A stretch of DNA of 63,870 bases, counting the filler, from Calcarisporiella thermophila CBS 279.70 (Eukaryota > Fungi > Calcarisporiellomycota), in the NCBI RefSeq assembly GCF_041956535.1. It is 3 parts of 3 records of this genome, joined end to end, with 100 filler letters (N's around TTAATTAATTAA, not from the genome) between each part and the next. Parts side by side here need not be neighbours in the genome. Positions count along the whole stretch, not along the records: positions 31,902 to 51,819 come from NW_027192223.1; positions 51,920 to 63,870 come from NW_027192192.1; 1 more part is not named here. One strand, 5' to 3'. Below the pieces are notes generated by a model. That model was not told the origin of the DNA, did no database searches, and worked only from the letters and a program-made list of their open reading frames with translations. The translations under genes were made by a program, and so were the position numbers. Shown piece after piece: positions 51,651 to 63,870 of the stretch; the first letter of the stretch is position 1; each line of letters starts with the position of its first letter.

Positions 51651-51819
51651 GAGTTTTTTTTTTTTTGATCAATCAATGGAAACTTTTTATTTAATTTCCA
51701 TATATTACATGAGGTTAATGTCAATGGACTTAACATAACGAGATATAGGTCCTTGGTCGATAGGCGTTCAATCGATATGCGTGTATCGTAGTTGTCGTGA
51801 ATAGCATGTACGTGAAACC

Positions 51820-51919
51820 NNNNNNNNNNNNNNNNNNNNNNNNNNNNNNNNNNNNNNNNNNNNTTAATTAATTAANNNNNNNNNNNNNNNNNNNNNNNNN
51901 NNNNNNNNNNNNNNNNNNN
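51820..51919. other. Artificial assembly gap/linker
   Basis: 44 N + TTAATTAATTAA + 44 N. Confidence 0.97.
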
Positions 51920-53548
51920 AGAGCGCCGAAAAATTGTTGCATATTATCTAAGTTAATTAGTTATTTAATAACTATCCTAGAAGAGTGGATGGGAAAATTA
52001 TTATAATAATATTTGCAACCTTCACTATTTTAAGGAATACCTGCAAAGGATGTTTAAAGAAGAGAAACTAAAACTCTGGGGGGATGAATTTGTAATAAGT
52101 GCTGAAATGCATGTTTTGAACTTGGTATATATGACAACAATTTTTTCTCATTACATGGTTCTTGCTTCTCTATTTATTATTCTCTTATCTGCAGTTGTTA
52201 AAACAAGAACACAAAACTCTACAAGAATATTTTATATACACGATTACAATGAAGCCAATATCTAATGAAACTCGTGCCAGTATATTCATGTACTCCAAAG
52301 AAGGTAAGTCTTGCCGTCAAATAGCAAGTCTTCTCGATATACATTACTCGACAGTTGCCAGAGTCATCGCGGGAGAAAGGTGGCAAAGACCTGATTTAAA
52401 AAGGCCACCTAGTGGTCGCCCCTGAGTTTTGTGTGAGAGACAGGAGATAAAAACAGCGACATTATTATCTTCAGGTCAGTGTAAAAATGCCCCTGCAGTT
52501 AAGAAATACTTCAAGGATGAATATGAATACGATATGAATATATTTGTCGATGTCGTGAAACTAGCGGTCAGAAGCAACGAACTGCTAACTCGCGTGCGAC
52601 CAAGAAAGCCTTTACTGACAACTGCACACTGAAGACGGAGGATGGAGTTTGCAAGGAAGTATAAAGACCGGACCGAAGATGAATGGAAATGAGTTGTGTT
52701 CTCGGATGAAACACAGATTACATTCGCAAATGCAACGGTAGAGAATATTATTATAAGCACAAATGTGAGCTACTTTGCAGTCACCATATCAGGTCAACAC
52801 TCAAACACGGCGGTGGGTCTTTGATGGCGTGGGGCTGCGTCACTTCGCATGGCGTTGGTAATTTGTGCCGTATCGACGGAGTACTCGACTCCGTATTGTG
52901 CACGAATATCCTTAACGAAGATTAGCTTGGATCGTTGGATTATTACGGGATAAAGAAATCACAAGTCATATTCCAGCAAGACAACGATCCAAAACATACG
53001 TCTAACATAACCCGGGACTGGTTACGAAACAAGAGTATAGATATGCTAGAATGGCCTTCACAGTCTCCTGATCTCAAAATAATGGAGCATATGTGGAGCG
53101 AACTGAAGCTGAGGCTAAGTTATTATCCACGCCTACCGAAGAATAAGGACGAACTATGGGAACGTTTTGAGAAAGAATGGGAGAATATAGACGTGGAATT
53201 AGTTAAAAAGCTTTATGCAAGCATGCCGGAGCGAGTGTGTGCTGTGTATAATGCTAAAGGAGGACACCCGAATTATTTGTAAAAAAGAGAACAATTCGCA
53301 ATTTGTGAAAAATGTATACAGTATATAAGTTGCATATTAGTAAGGAGTATTTCAATACTTTTTACAAATTCATCCCCCTGAGTTCAAATTTCTCTTCTTT
53401 AAACATGTCTTGCAGGTATTCCTTAAAATAGCAAAGGTTGCAAATATTATTATAATAATATACCCATCCATTCTTCTAGGGTAGTTATTAATTAACTAAC
53501 TAACTAAGATAATATGCCATACTATTGCAACAATTTTTCGGCGCCCTG
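51920..53548 (+). mobile_element. Tc1/mariner DNA transposon with long TIRs; transposase (52249-53282) disrupted
   Basis: Imperfect TIRs at about 51920-52095 and 53362-53548, followed by TA at 53549. HTH region, VFSDE, FQQDNDPKH, WPSQSPDLKIMEHMW; internal stops. Confidence 0.93.
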
Positions 53549-55228
53549 TAACCAATGTATCACGTGATTGATATTTTTCTAAAATTTTATGATTGCAAAC
53601 ATACTAATGAAGATATTCTACAAAAGGAAACTACACTTTTTATTTTCTGTCCTAATCATGATAAAGTAACTACTGAATAACGATATATCATATATCAACA
53701 TTGAAAATTATTTTTCAATTAATTAGGAAGATGGTTGATATACTACAGTATGTCAACCATCTCCCTATTTAACTACTCGATTAATTAATATATATGTTTG
53801 AGTAAATTTCTTTAAAAAAATCTGACTTTCCTTTCTCGCAGGCGTTAGAGGAGGCGTTGAAGTACTTGTGCAATCAAGACGTAAAGCCCGTGAGAAAGTC
53901 ATTAGGCTATATAGTATCGTTCCCAATTTGATCGCATAGTTGAAAACTTGGTAAAATAGGTAAAGCGGTATTAAATAAAAGAGTCGAAATATGATGGGTA
54001 GCTGAAAAAAAAAATCAAATGAATTGTGAAAATCGGAATGATATGGGTGAAGGAGAGGGGAGGAATTTGGGGACTTTGTTAAATATTGTTGGGGTTTTAA
54101 GATCCAATAAGAGCTGGATTGAATGATTACATCATGATACTATTCTAGAAAACATGTTAAAGTGGTTATCGCCTCCGTCTATGAATGAGAGGTCCAAGGG
54201 CACGCGCGACGATTTAACTTCTTATTCCAACTCATTTTTCCCCCTTCTTTTTTGCTTTCCTGTTCCCTTCCATCATTCTTTGTTCCTCTTCCATTTTCAC
54301 TCATCAAGCGCTGCGAACATACTTGGGAATATGCCCGCTAACCTTATGCCAAACCTGTACTCTTCATTTCATGAAAAGTTTTTGTAGTTTTTTTTGTTTT
54401 CGTCGCCAGAGTTATGCTGTTTTCGCTGAACTTTTTGTATCCAGGGTGGAGCAACGGATGTGCTGGTTTGTTGATAGAGTTGCTTCAAAAGGATGTATTA
54501 TTTTAGTTAGCAATATAAAGTACCATGTTAATTCTGTAATTTTAAATTTTTCTGATAATATCTGAGAGGAAGATTGTTGACATCTGCCATCAGTTCACAT
54601 AATATCGGATTTCTTCCTACAGCGACGATTATTTGGGATGGGATAGAGTTAGGGCATAAATCCTATTCTGTTTAGAATTTCGAAGGGCGTAGCTACAATG
54701 TTGGACGGTCTGATCCTTCAATGCTTTGGATAGGTTGATCGGAGTAATCCAGTTGACTCACAAATCTAGCCACCCAACACTCGTTGCCCCCTGCCACGGG
54801 GAAATCTCAACCAGAAATTAATTAGGACGCTTCTGGGTTGCAAGGAATTCTGTGTAATCCAAAAGCTGCAGCTTTTTTCTTGGGTAATTTTCATGCATCA
54901 CATGGCCTTCAGATTACTGAACAGAGTTCTAACCCCTGCTTCGTCGATGGGAATGCTCCTTTCATCACTTATCCGACTCTTAACCTTTTGGTGGTCAACT
55001 CGCTATTCAATAAAATAGTAAACTTGCTTTTTATAGCTGGAACTATTCTGATCGGGGATGATATCCATCTTCGAAATGTAAAGGAAATGGGCCTATTTTA
55101 AATTGCTAGCTCTCTCCATTTAAACATCACTATACTGTTTATTGTTGGACATATCAAGTAATACAAGCACATAGTAAAATGATGTCAAATTAGAATCCAT
55201 TCGTAAAGGCTTTTGATCCTAGCCCAGA

Positions 55229-55471
55229 TTATTTTGGACATTGATTTGAGCATGAGTCATAACTAGCGATGCAGCCCATGCACTGGTCCACATTAGCAGT
55301 TTGTGTATTTGCGCAAGAGAGACGGGATCCACAACTTTCTAGCGCCGTCACACAGCTGGCAATGCATGAGTTTCTTGGAGTAACCCCCGCAGCAGGAGGT
55401 AGTTCTGCCAAAACAGCGGGGAACATGGCGGTCATGGCGATCGCAGCAAAAGAAAGGAGAGTGAATTGCAT
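55229..55471 (-). CDS. Small secreted cysteine-rich protein, 80 aa, 8 Cys
   Basis: Signal peptide MQFTLLSFAAIAMTAMFPAVLA; C-X3-C-X6-C-X5-C-X10-C-X2-C-X6-C-X3-C; TATATATAAA about 55-65 nt upstream. Confidence 0.8.
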   Translation of the reverse strand: MQFTLLSFAAIAMTAMFPAVLAELPPAAGVTPRNSCIASCVTALESCGSRLSCANTQTANVDQCMGCIASYDSCSNQCPK

Positions 55472-58400
55472 ATTGACTTATCTTCAATGAGGATGTAGTT
55501 CAACCATGAGGGCTCGCAAATTGGTTTATATATAGCTGGAGAGGAGTAGGGGCGAATGTCTTTAATTAGCCAGATCATTTTCAAAATTAGATCATAACAG
55601 AAAACTTTCAGCTGTGCCAAATGTGATAATATATATTCTGAAACAGGCATAATATTTTATATTTCAGCTTTCCAAACGGATAATATTGATTGTTTACATT
55701 TTACCCTTTATGTGAAGAGCACTAGTACTTTATAAACAAAATATTGCCAAGTGCTCTACTGTTTTGTGAATTGACCAACCTGCTATTGGCTAAAAACGCT
55801 AGCGCAAAATAGCCATTTCATGTTGCCAACCAAAGCTAGGAACCGGAGAAGATTCAAAGCTCTTCGAATAATGTATGGAAAGAGAGGAGTTTTGGGCTCT
55901 TGGGAAAATAATGGTAGGTAGTAAATACACTATATCGAAAATGAACTCATTCAATGGGTGTGAAATAACTGAAAGAGTGCAATTATGGTTGTTCATTTGT
56001 AGGCTCTGACTCGCATTAAAATCAATTCAAACCATTCTATATAGTAATCAAAGACTTCAGCTTGAAAGATTTCAGTAAACTAAATATTTGCCGTGATTTA
56101 TTTGCCATGAACTAGGAATTTTTCCTAATATGATAATTTGCCCCTTGCTCTTGCACGAGAATAACTGGCCAGGTCGCTCAGATCAAATGTGTCAGTCACA
56201 TCTGAATATGTTTCAGGTACCTTACATCATTGAGATCGATTGATGTCGACTAGTGCTTAGGAGTGCTTAGTGCGCACTATTTAGCACTTTTAAGCTCGCT
56301 TATCCTATAGCTTACCGATATGAATCACTGCTAATACAAAGGAATAGGATTTTCGGTGCTGGTTGTTTATTTTCTTGGTTCCACGTAATAAAGCTACCTA
56401 ATATTGAGTTGGACTAAGGGAGTGTAATCGAAATATTTGATCGGAATGGCGCATTTCCGTACCCTCAGTACAGAAGTTGGTGATAAAGTCTATTTTTGTT
56501 CGACTGCCATGCCGACAGCAGAGTTGGCCGCGTGAGAATGTTAGCCCAATTATCATTCTTTGACTTGAATTATGAAAATTTAAGGGTCATAAATAGACTT
56601 GCAACCGTTATCAAAGGCGATGATCCAAATATAAGGAGAGGTCGTGAAGGCCTATAGCATCTCCAACGTCCTCTTCTGTCTTCATGGTGGCGAATGAGGA
56701 TTTAAGATAGAGTGAATATTCATTAGTCATTATTTATATGAAATACTCACTCACTGGGCTACCACTCTTTATATAAATCTATATATTTTAAAATCCACTG
56801 GACTTTTAGTAGCGTTTCCTTTAAGCTTCATCAGAATGTCAACTTACTTGTAATGCATCTTAATTCACTGGTCACTTAACTAGTTTAAAAGCTGGCTTGA
56901 AACTGGCAAATAACGTGCTAATGAGGCATTCTTTCGGGTCTTATGTCGATTTGCTATTCTTATGACCTGGAAGTGTTAAGCACAATCAGAAAGTTGTATT
57001 AACTTCATAATAACACGCATGTTCAATCCTTTAATAATAACGATTATTCATCTACAATATTCTGATCCATGAACACATGTAGTGTTAGTTCTAATTTGCA
57101 ATATTCAACAGAAATAAACCTGGTCAGAAATTCGTCATCATTTTTTTCAAATGAAAAAAAAAAAATCAACATAAAATAACATAATTGCCATATTTAAATA
57201 CCATACAACAGAGCGAAATTACTATTCCCGTATGAATAGGTAATTAGATCGTCGCCTGAATGGATCAAATACAGCAGATCCGCAGTTTTCTTTTCTCTTG
57301 TTCATGAATGTAAAGAGTTGTGTGTAAATTTTTAGGGAGAAATATCCAAAACTGTTGTCCGATGTAATACTTAAAACTTCAACCTTCCAATTTCAGATTA
57401 GTATTAAACGCTAAGGTAGAAAAAATTCGATTTAATATATTATATATATGACTGCCTAAAATGAATGCGCAAACTTGTTGCATTATAATAACATCCAAGT
57501 TTACGAAGAAACCTATAGCATCTTTAAGCATTCATGCGATGTTCGGAATGATTCTAGTCAATTCACATGATGTTTTTTAAATCGATTCTCATTTATGCCC
57601 CCAGTTGCCACTTGCCATTCTAAAATCTTTTATTAAATCAATTCATTAGTGATTTAAATTGTATTTACTCGAAAGAGGTATTCTTAAAAGATTACCATCT
57701 AATAGCTTTGATGTTGACACGGGCAATTAGCGATTTCGAATTTAAATGATTAGAATTGAATCGCGTCCAGATTCAATATATAACATGTGGGATCATTTAT
57801 TGATCTATTTGATATACTTCTAGTCAGGATTTTGTGAAGCTAAGGTTGATAGTGGCCTGGCTAAAGACCAGGACGTCAGCTTCCCGTGAGTTCGAGTATA
57901 TATTTCAATGTGAATTTAAAGCACTAATTTGATGTTACAGCGATATTATTAGGATTTTTTTAACATATCTTTCATTAGCTGATAATTAATGCAAAGATTA
58001 CGGGAAATAAAGGTGGGCTTGAGGTTATAACACCGTGTTAGGAGAAGAGTTAGAAAAGTCGTAAAATACCTTTGATTATGTGATAGTGCAAGAGTGATGA
58101 AGTAGTTCAGAACTTATAGAAAAGAATGCATTGAAGATACAAGCCCATGCCAATACTAGCTGCGATGGTGAGTAGTAGTATTAACGAGCTTCTTCACGCT
58201 GAAATATTGGACCTGTGGAATATATTAGGGTCATGCATGACTCTATTTTTCAGCTTTATTTTATCAAGCATAGATTTTTGGAATGCGGGGTTACGGCTTG
58301 AAAGTAGGCATTCTGACTTACTGCCACAGGTAGAGTATGCTACCGAGGCAAGAATTTATGGCGAAATTCCAAGATATAGGAAAAATATAAGATTTCCGAC

Positions 58401-58777
58401 TAATAAGAGGTAAGCTACATTGTTATTGACAGAAAATGAATGGAGGGCGTGCTAGATTACCGATATTTTCCCAGGATTTTTGCCTTAGTAAAAAAGACAT
58501 AATAGAGAGAGGGTTATTTCTAATGAAATCTTACGCATATGCTTCTTGTTAGAACCCCGATTATGTTGCTTCTTTTTGATCTCTTCAAGATGTGGCAAAC
58601 ACTACTAAATTTGAATCGAGGCGTTTCAAAAAATTAAATATCCCGTTGCAACTATAGACGCAAAATTTAATCTCCTATGATGAAAGACCCTGGGTATACT
58701 GGCTGTTTTGCCACATAAATACCCTCTGAATCTTCCGAGAGCAGTTTTCATTAACTACTATCGAGATTGTAAAGAGA

Positions 58778-60055
58778 ATGCAGAAATCTGGGAAAAACAC
58801 TGTTGAAACGGTCGCACCTGAAGCCCCTATCACCAAAAAGCGACCAGTTGCAAAGGATTTGGATAGCTATATGGAGGGTCCAGGTATACTCGTACAGCCT
58901 TCAATGAATCGATAAAATACCCCATTAACAGATTCCTATTCGTAGCTGTTCCTCATGCTACGACGGCGCCAAGCAAGGAACACCCTCATGGAACTGAAAC
59001 TAAATCTCATTCACGGAAATCGGTACCTGTCTGCACTATACTTTACAACTCATGGCGTCATTAAGATCTAATCCTAAAGTTGCCATTACTAACAGATTTT
59101 ACAACAGCATGTTGCATTTTTCGACCACGATAATGATGGCATCATTACTCCATGGGACACATTCAAGGGTTAAATTTAAGCATCTCTGCGAATATCAACC
59201 AAATTTTGCTAATTTTAAATTTTTCATCATTCAGGATTCAGAATTCTCGGCTTTAATCTTTTTCTCAGTCTTCTTGCCACCATTATTATCAATGTCAATT
59301 TCGCCTACGTCACCCAGCCATATTGGATTCCAAATCCATTTTTCTGGATATATGTAGAGAATATTCATAAGGCCAAGGTAATTGAAGAATGGATGCCAGC
59401 TACCTAGTTGAATATGTGGCTAAATGTATACGTTTTGAAACCTTTAGCATGGGTCGGATTCCGAGATCTATGACACGGAGGTAATCCTGAAAACAATGAT
59501 TTCATGTTTGATTTCGCTCACTTTGAATCTGTCAATGCTTTAACCTTAAAGGAATAGTTTACTCGGTTGATTTAGCTAATCGCTTTGTTTCTTCATTAGG
59601 GACGCTTTGTGCCACAGAAATTTGAGGATGCATTTGCGAAGTATGCCAAGCATAGTCCAGACTTTATGACTGTTGGCGAACTGCTAGAGATGATTAAAGG
59701 AAATAGAAATGTCGGCGATCCATTTGGATGGTAAGTTATTGACTAGTTCATCAAGTTCTGTTGTAGGGTGTCGGAAATAGTGACACTTGTCAACTCTTAT
59801 ATATGTCACAGGTTTGCCGCTTACTTCGAATGGCTCACAGTATACTTGCTTGTTGGATATGAATGGAAAATCAATAAGGAAGATATTCGTGGTGTTCTCG
59901 ACGTGAGTATTATTCCTGATGACGGCTATTTGCTTAACAAACCATTTGAGTGACCTGATATGCTGCTTGTATCCATACACGTATAGGGATCTCTATTCTA
60001 TACCATCCGAGAGAGGCGCCTTAAAGAATCTGGTGGCTATAAAAAGGCCTATTGA
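58778..60055 (+). CDS. Caleosin/peroxygenase, multi-exon, with a 1-nt frameshift near 59117-59120 (missed by the ORF track)
   Basis: LQQHVAF/DHDNDGIITPWDTF EF-hand, proline knot QPYWIPNPFF, NIHKAKHGSDS, GRFVPQKFE, DPFGW, FEW, GSLFY. Confidence 0.88.
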
Positions 60056-60284
60056 GCTTGAAAAGCGTTCATTCTGAATATGCTTACTTGCTTACTCACA
60101 TCTGTAGTTTTCATTCTTTCGTTATGCTGTAAATTACATTCATGCAAAATTCTATTGCAAATGTTAAACTGAACTGCTCTGGGTATTTCCTTACTATTTT
60201 TACTAAAAGCATCGAAGCAATCCATAATAAAACTTATAAAAGTCCTATAAATGATTTCGAAGGATTTTAGAGGCCATTCTTTAA

Positions 60285-60310
60285 ATATATATATATATAT
60301 ATATATATAT
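60285..60310. repeat. (AT)13 microsatellite
   Basis: Direct observation. Confidence 0.9.
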
Positions 60311-60799
60311 GAAGCCGAATTATGCCATAGTGTCTCCTAATTTTACTTGAGTAATTTTGGAAAGCCTATTTCAGAGGAACACAAAATTAGTGCAAAAATG
60401 TCGATGTTGAGCAATGACCTCTTTAATTTTGCTCCTTAATGGTACTACTTCTTTGAGCTCCGAAACTTGCCCCGAGCAACAATGGAAAACTAGGCGCTTT
60501 TATCTTAACTTTTACTAGTTTTGCTGTTCCGACTGTTTTATATCACCCGCTGGTAATAGTGATTTCTTTCCTAATTTCCTCATAATCTGCTCTTGATAAG
60601 TTTAAATAATCTTGTTTTGCTGATCACTCACTGTAGTGCAGATTTAAAATCCAGTAATCTTGCTAAAACTCATTTTTGTAACTTATGTTTATATGTTTGG
60701 GTTAGTTATTAATATATAGTCGTTTATACCATTTACATAAATCGGACATTCCCTTAGTTCATTGCGGTAATCACTCATAATTGCAAGAGTTTTAACTCG

Positions 60800-61588
60800 C
60801 CCTAATTTTGTCTGCGCTGTCTTTCCACTCTCCTTAACCCATTCCACCCATCACCCTCCAAGCTTACCAAATATCGCCTCCACGAGCGAAGTGAAAAGGA
60901 GAATCCAGTTCAGAAGGAATAGCTTGTAAAAATGATACATTGGTTCAACCACTGGAGCGCACACCGACACAGCAAGCGACGTAAAATCCCAGATATCTTC
61001 CTGCATCACAATCACTTTGTTTCCGCTTCGTTTGTTAGGCTGGTGTTGCTGGTCGCCATGGTGTACCGTGTCGTTTGTTTCGGGCGCAAAATATAAAAAT
61101 GTGAGAACCCGTATATGCAAGGATAAAAACGGGGCTATCCAAGGTCGGAAAAAGGTGGTAGAATCCATAAATCCTAAATCCCTCTCGGAATCATAAACTT
61201 CAAGATGATAAAAAAAGGCTTTAACATTAACAGCGATTCCGGAAAAACGAAAGGAATGAACACCAACTTACTGCATTCGTTGTTTACTACGCGAAGTTCT
61301 CGGTTGAACATGGCCCAGTATTGATATATACGGAGAATCTCATCTCGATTGCGAGCATATAGGATTGGATGCGAGAAGCTTTCATTGTAAATACATTATC
61401 GTGAGTGTTGCTTCATTTGGATCCATTCCATGAAAGAGTAAAGCCAGTGGCAAAAAGTGAAGAGACTCGAGTGGTACATACGTAGCATTACGGCTAAAAT
61501 AATTCTCAATCGTCTTCCGCTGCTCTTGCAAAGATTTGGTTATTAATTTTTTAGTGAGGTTTGGGAATTCTCTTGCAACGTCCTGCAT
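60800..61588 (-). pseudogene. Disrupted gene of unknown family
   Basis: Coding-like fragments 61382-61588 and 60851-61168 on one strand, separated by stops/frameshifts; TATA-like motif near 61690. Confidence 0.3.
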
Positions 61589-62419
61589 AGTGAAAATTTA
61601 TCACAAAATTCAGGCTGGATTGATGTTATATTTGGAGAGATCCGAAAGTAAAGCAAAGCGCTCGTTTCTGCTTAGGATGCTGGCTCCTCTATATATATAC
61701 GCTAATTATTACACACTTGTGGACAATAGTATAGAATCAAAAGATAAGATAAATTCGTGTAAATTTCCTTTTATTAAGATCACAATTTGGCGTCATAAGA
61801 AAAATCTAATTTGGCCAGTGCTCCTCCAAGTCTCCGAGATTGAGGGATAGGAGGGGAGATTTGGTTCCATATTCGTTACTCGATATAGATTAAATAATAG
61901 CGTACGATTCACATTGTCATTGAACTCATACATTTGATGCTTTCCTCTGAATATTCTTTATATAAATGGAAACATATTTCAGTCAATGCTCAATATGAAA
62001 AATACGATTTGTTTAATCCCTAAACTTAGCAATTGTGCTCTCTTGAATCGACATTATCTGTCGGCTATCGTTCAATTGGCTCTCCCTAAATTTCAGGGTG
62101 ATGAGTGAACGATTTTAATGGTATTCAGAAAATGTTTCTAATAACTCCAATCACTCTTTTCTAGAGCTGAAGTATATAAACATCTAATCAGTTGAAGCAT
62201 AGAGCCCATCAATAAAAGGCTGGATAAATTGGGATTCATGATGATATCTCTGATCACCTCTCCATTCTTTGTTCCCGATGAACGATTGCGAGTTGATTTA
62301 CTAAATTATCCTTTGAATATCCTATGAATATTGATTTCTATATTTTCTGGGGGTGATCACTATAGCCACACTTTTTTTTTCATATCTAGTTCTTTTAAGT
62401 TGATCATGATTTCGCAATA

Positions 62420-63870
62420 GTGTGTTCATTCCGCGTGAATTTGATAACCAAACATTATTTGCTCTTTCACGATATTGATTCCTCGTCAAGAGGTTCCTGG
62501 GCTAAACCCATTTACCATCCTCGAGATATTGATCCAGCATACCCTTTGTCAACTTGATCCAATGAATTGTTGTGAATCGCCATATCCAAGCTTAAGCAAG
62601 GTGCAAATGGCCTTGCGATCTCTCTCTTTATGCAACCATTCTTGCTTTATTGAAGAGGCCCATGCAAAGGAGGGGCGGGGATGGCACCCAAAGGCAATGG
62701 CCTGTACCATTGCTGAAAATCAACTGTGACGAAATCCGCCCGATTGGAAGAAGCCTTGCATCACCGAAGCAGGACCAGATCCATTCGAAGACGAAATGCA
62801 GAGTTGCTCAGGGTGACCCAGCTAGCGACAAGGTTAGGTTATGGGAATCCTTGGCCAACCGATCCAGACAGGGCTGCGACTAAGGTTTCTTCATGCTTGG
62901 GTCGGGCTGTTTTCGTGGGACACCTCGTGACAACTCGCGCATTCTCCCGCCCCGAAAAACATATTAAAATTTTTTCATGCATTGCCGTCCCCGTGCCCTT
63001 CGCATTTTCTAAAATGTTCTTCGATCCGCGTACGCCAATTGGAGCCACGGGTGGAGGGAAGCACCCCGAATCTAAGGGTTGCCTGGAGGAAAGGGCATTC
63101 GAGTAAGAGCAAGTTTGGACAAATCTGACCTTTCTGACCACGTTGTTCCGCTCTCCGTTTCCATCTTCAGAAGTAGAAGAACGAGCTCAGCTACCTAGCA
63201 TTCCTCTACGTCATCGCATTTTACGTATACCAACTTTGTCGGCCTTTTTTGCGAACGTAGAGGATTGAGCAGGTGAATCTATGCTCTAAAACAACTGGCA
63301 CATTTTCTATCTCAGTAAGACTGAAGATTTCTCAAGACGTGCAGTTTTGGAACACGAGCAATTTTCTAATTACTCTGAGCTTTCCGACATTTTTGTTAGC
63401 ACTAGATCAAGCATACTATAAGGCACACTATCAGGCACATGAAAGGATCTGGGAGCTGGTGAACTTGGAGTAATTTTGATTTTCTGTCGGTATTCCTTGG
63501 TTCCTTCGGGGATTAATCTTGTCCCCATTACATCATCCTCAATGAGGATTGACTAGACCAGCGATTAATACGATCAAAGTCTAACACTTTTGAGATAACG
63601 AACACCGTGGACAACCAGAGTTATTAATCAATTGCGTATGCAATGAAATGGCGTGATAAGACGATGCTTCGGAGTGTTAAGGGATCTGACAATCATCCAT
63701 CTAGTTTTCAGCAAGCACAAATTCCACTTCATCGAGTGATCTAAGGATATGAGAGTCAAAACGGCTGTTAGAGAAGATTTATATGGCCCTTATTCGCCAA
63801 ACTTTGAATTGTAAAGCGGATATACCTGACGTGCGTATATGTGAGAACTAAAAACTGATCAGATATACTT
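62420..63870 (-). mobile_element. Possible highly decayed LINE 3' region
   Basis: Weak: a CASCHE zinc-finger-like remnant near 62930 and Trp-rich downstream fragments. Confidence 0.25.

Noticed and set aside
54550-55100. Coding-like stretch on the minus strand downstream of the Cys-rich gene
   Set aside because: Many stops and no recognisable motif.

Overview
Eukaryotic DNA from an intron-rich fungus, probably an early-diverging lineage (inferred from the gene families; the species cannot be assigned). The window is three assembly pieces joined by artificial 100-nt N/TTAATTAATTAA linkers at 31802-31901 and 51820-51919. (1) 1-8.7 kb is accessory: three paralogous copies of a Crinkler/RHS-type P-loop NTPase + restriction-endonuclease-fold gene (one open, one inverted pseudogene, one 3' fragment) and decayed DIRS retroelement pieces. 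(2) 9-31.4 kb is a compact core block: ZW10, a NIPA-type transporter, an ADY2/ATO acetate transporter, SKP1, an intronless GC-rich acetate kinase, RAC1, a two-exon orphan gene, UNC-45/She4, SEC10 and a GH31 alpha-glucosidase with two trefoil domains. (3) 32-64 kb is AT-rich and TE-rich: FMP52/HTATIP2, a DIRS1-like element (RT-RNaseH-adenine methyltransferase-like ORF plus tyrosine recombinase) with a solo LTR in its gag, three tandem secreted hydrolases (S1 protease, class-3 lipase, HExxH metalloprotease), Ty3/Gypsy, LINE and Tc1 relics, an 8-Cys small secreted protein and a frameshifted caleosin. The best leads are the NTPase-REase family, the acetate kinase/acetate transporter pairing, the trefoil-GH31, the DIRS methyltransferase and the secreted-protein island. 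All product calls come from motif recognition by eye; no searches were run.
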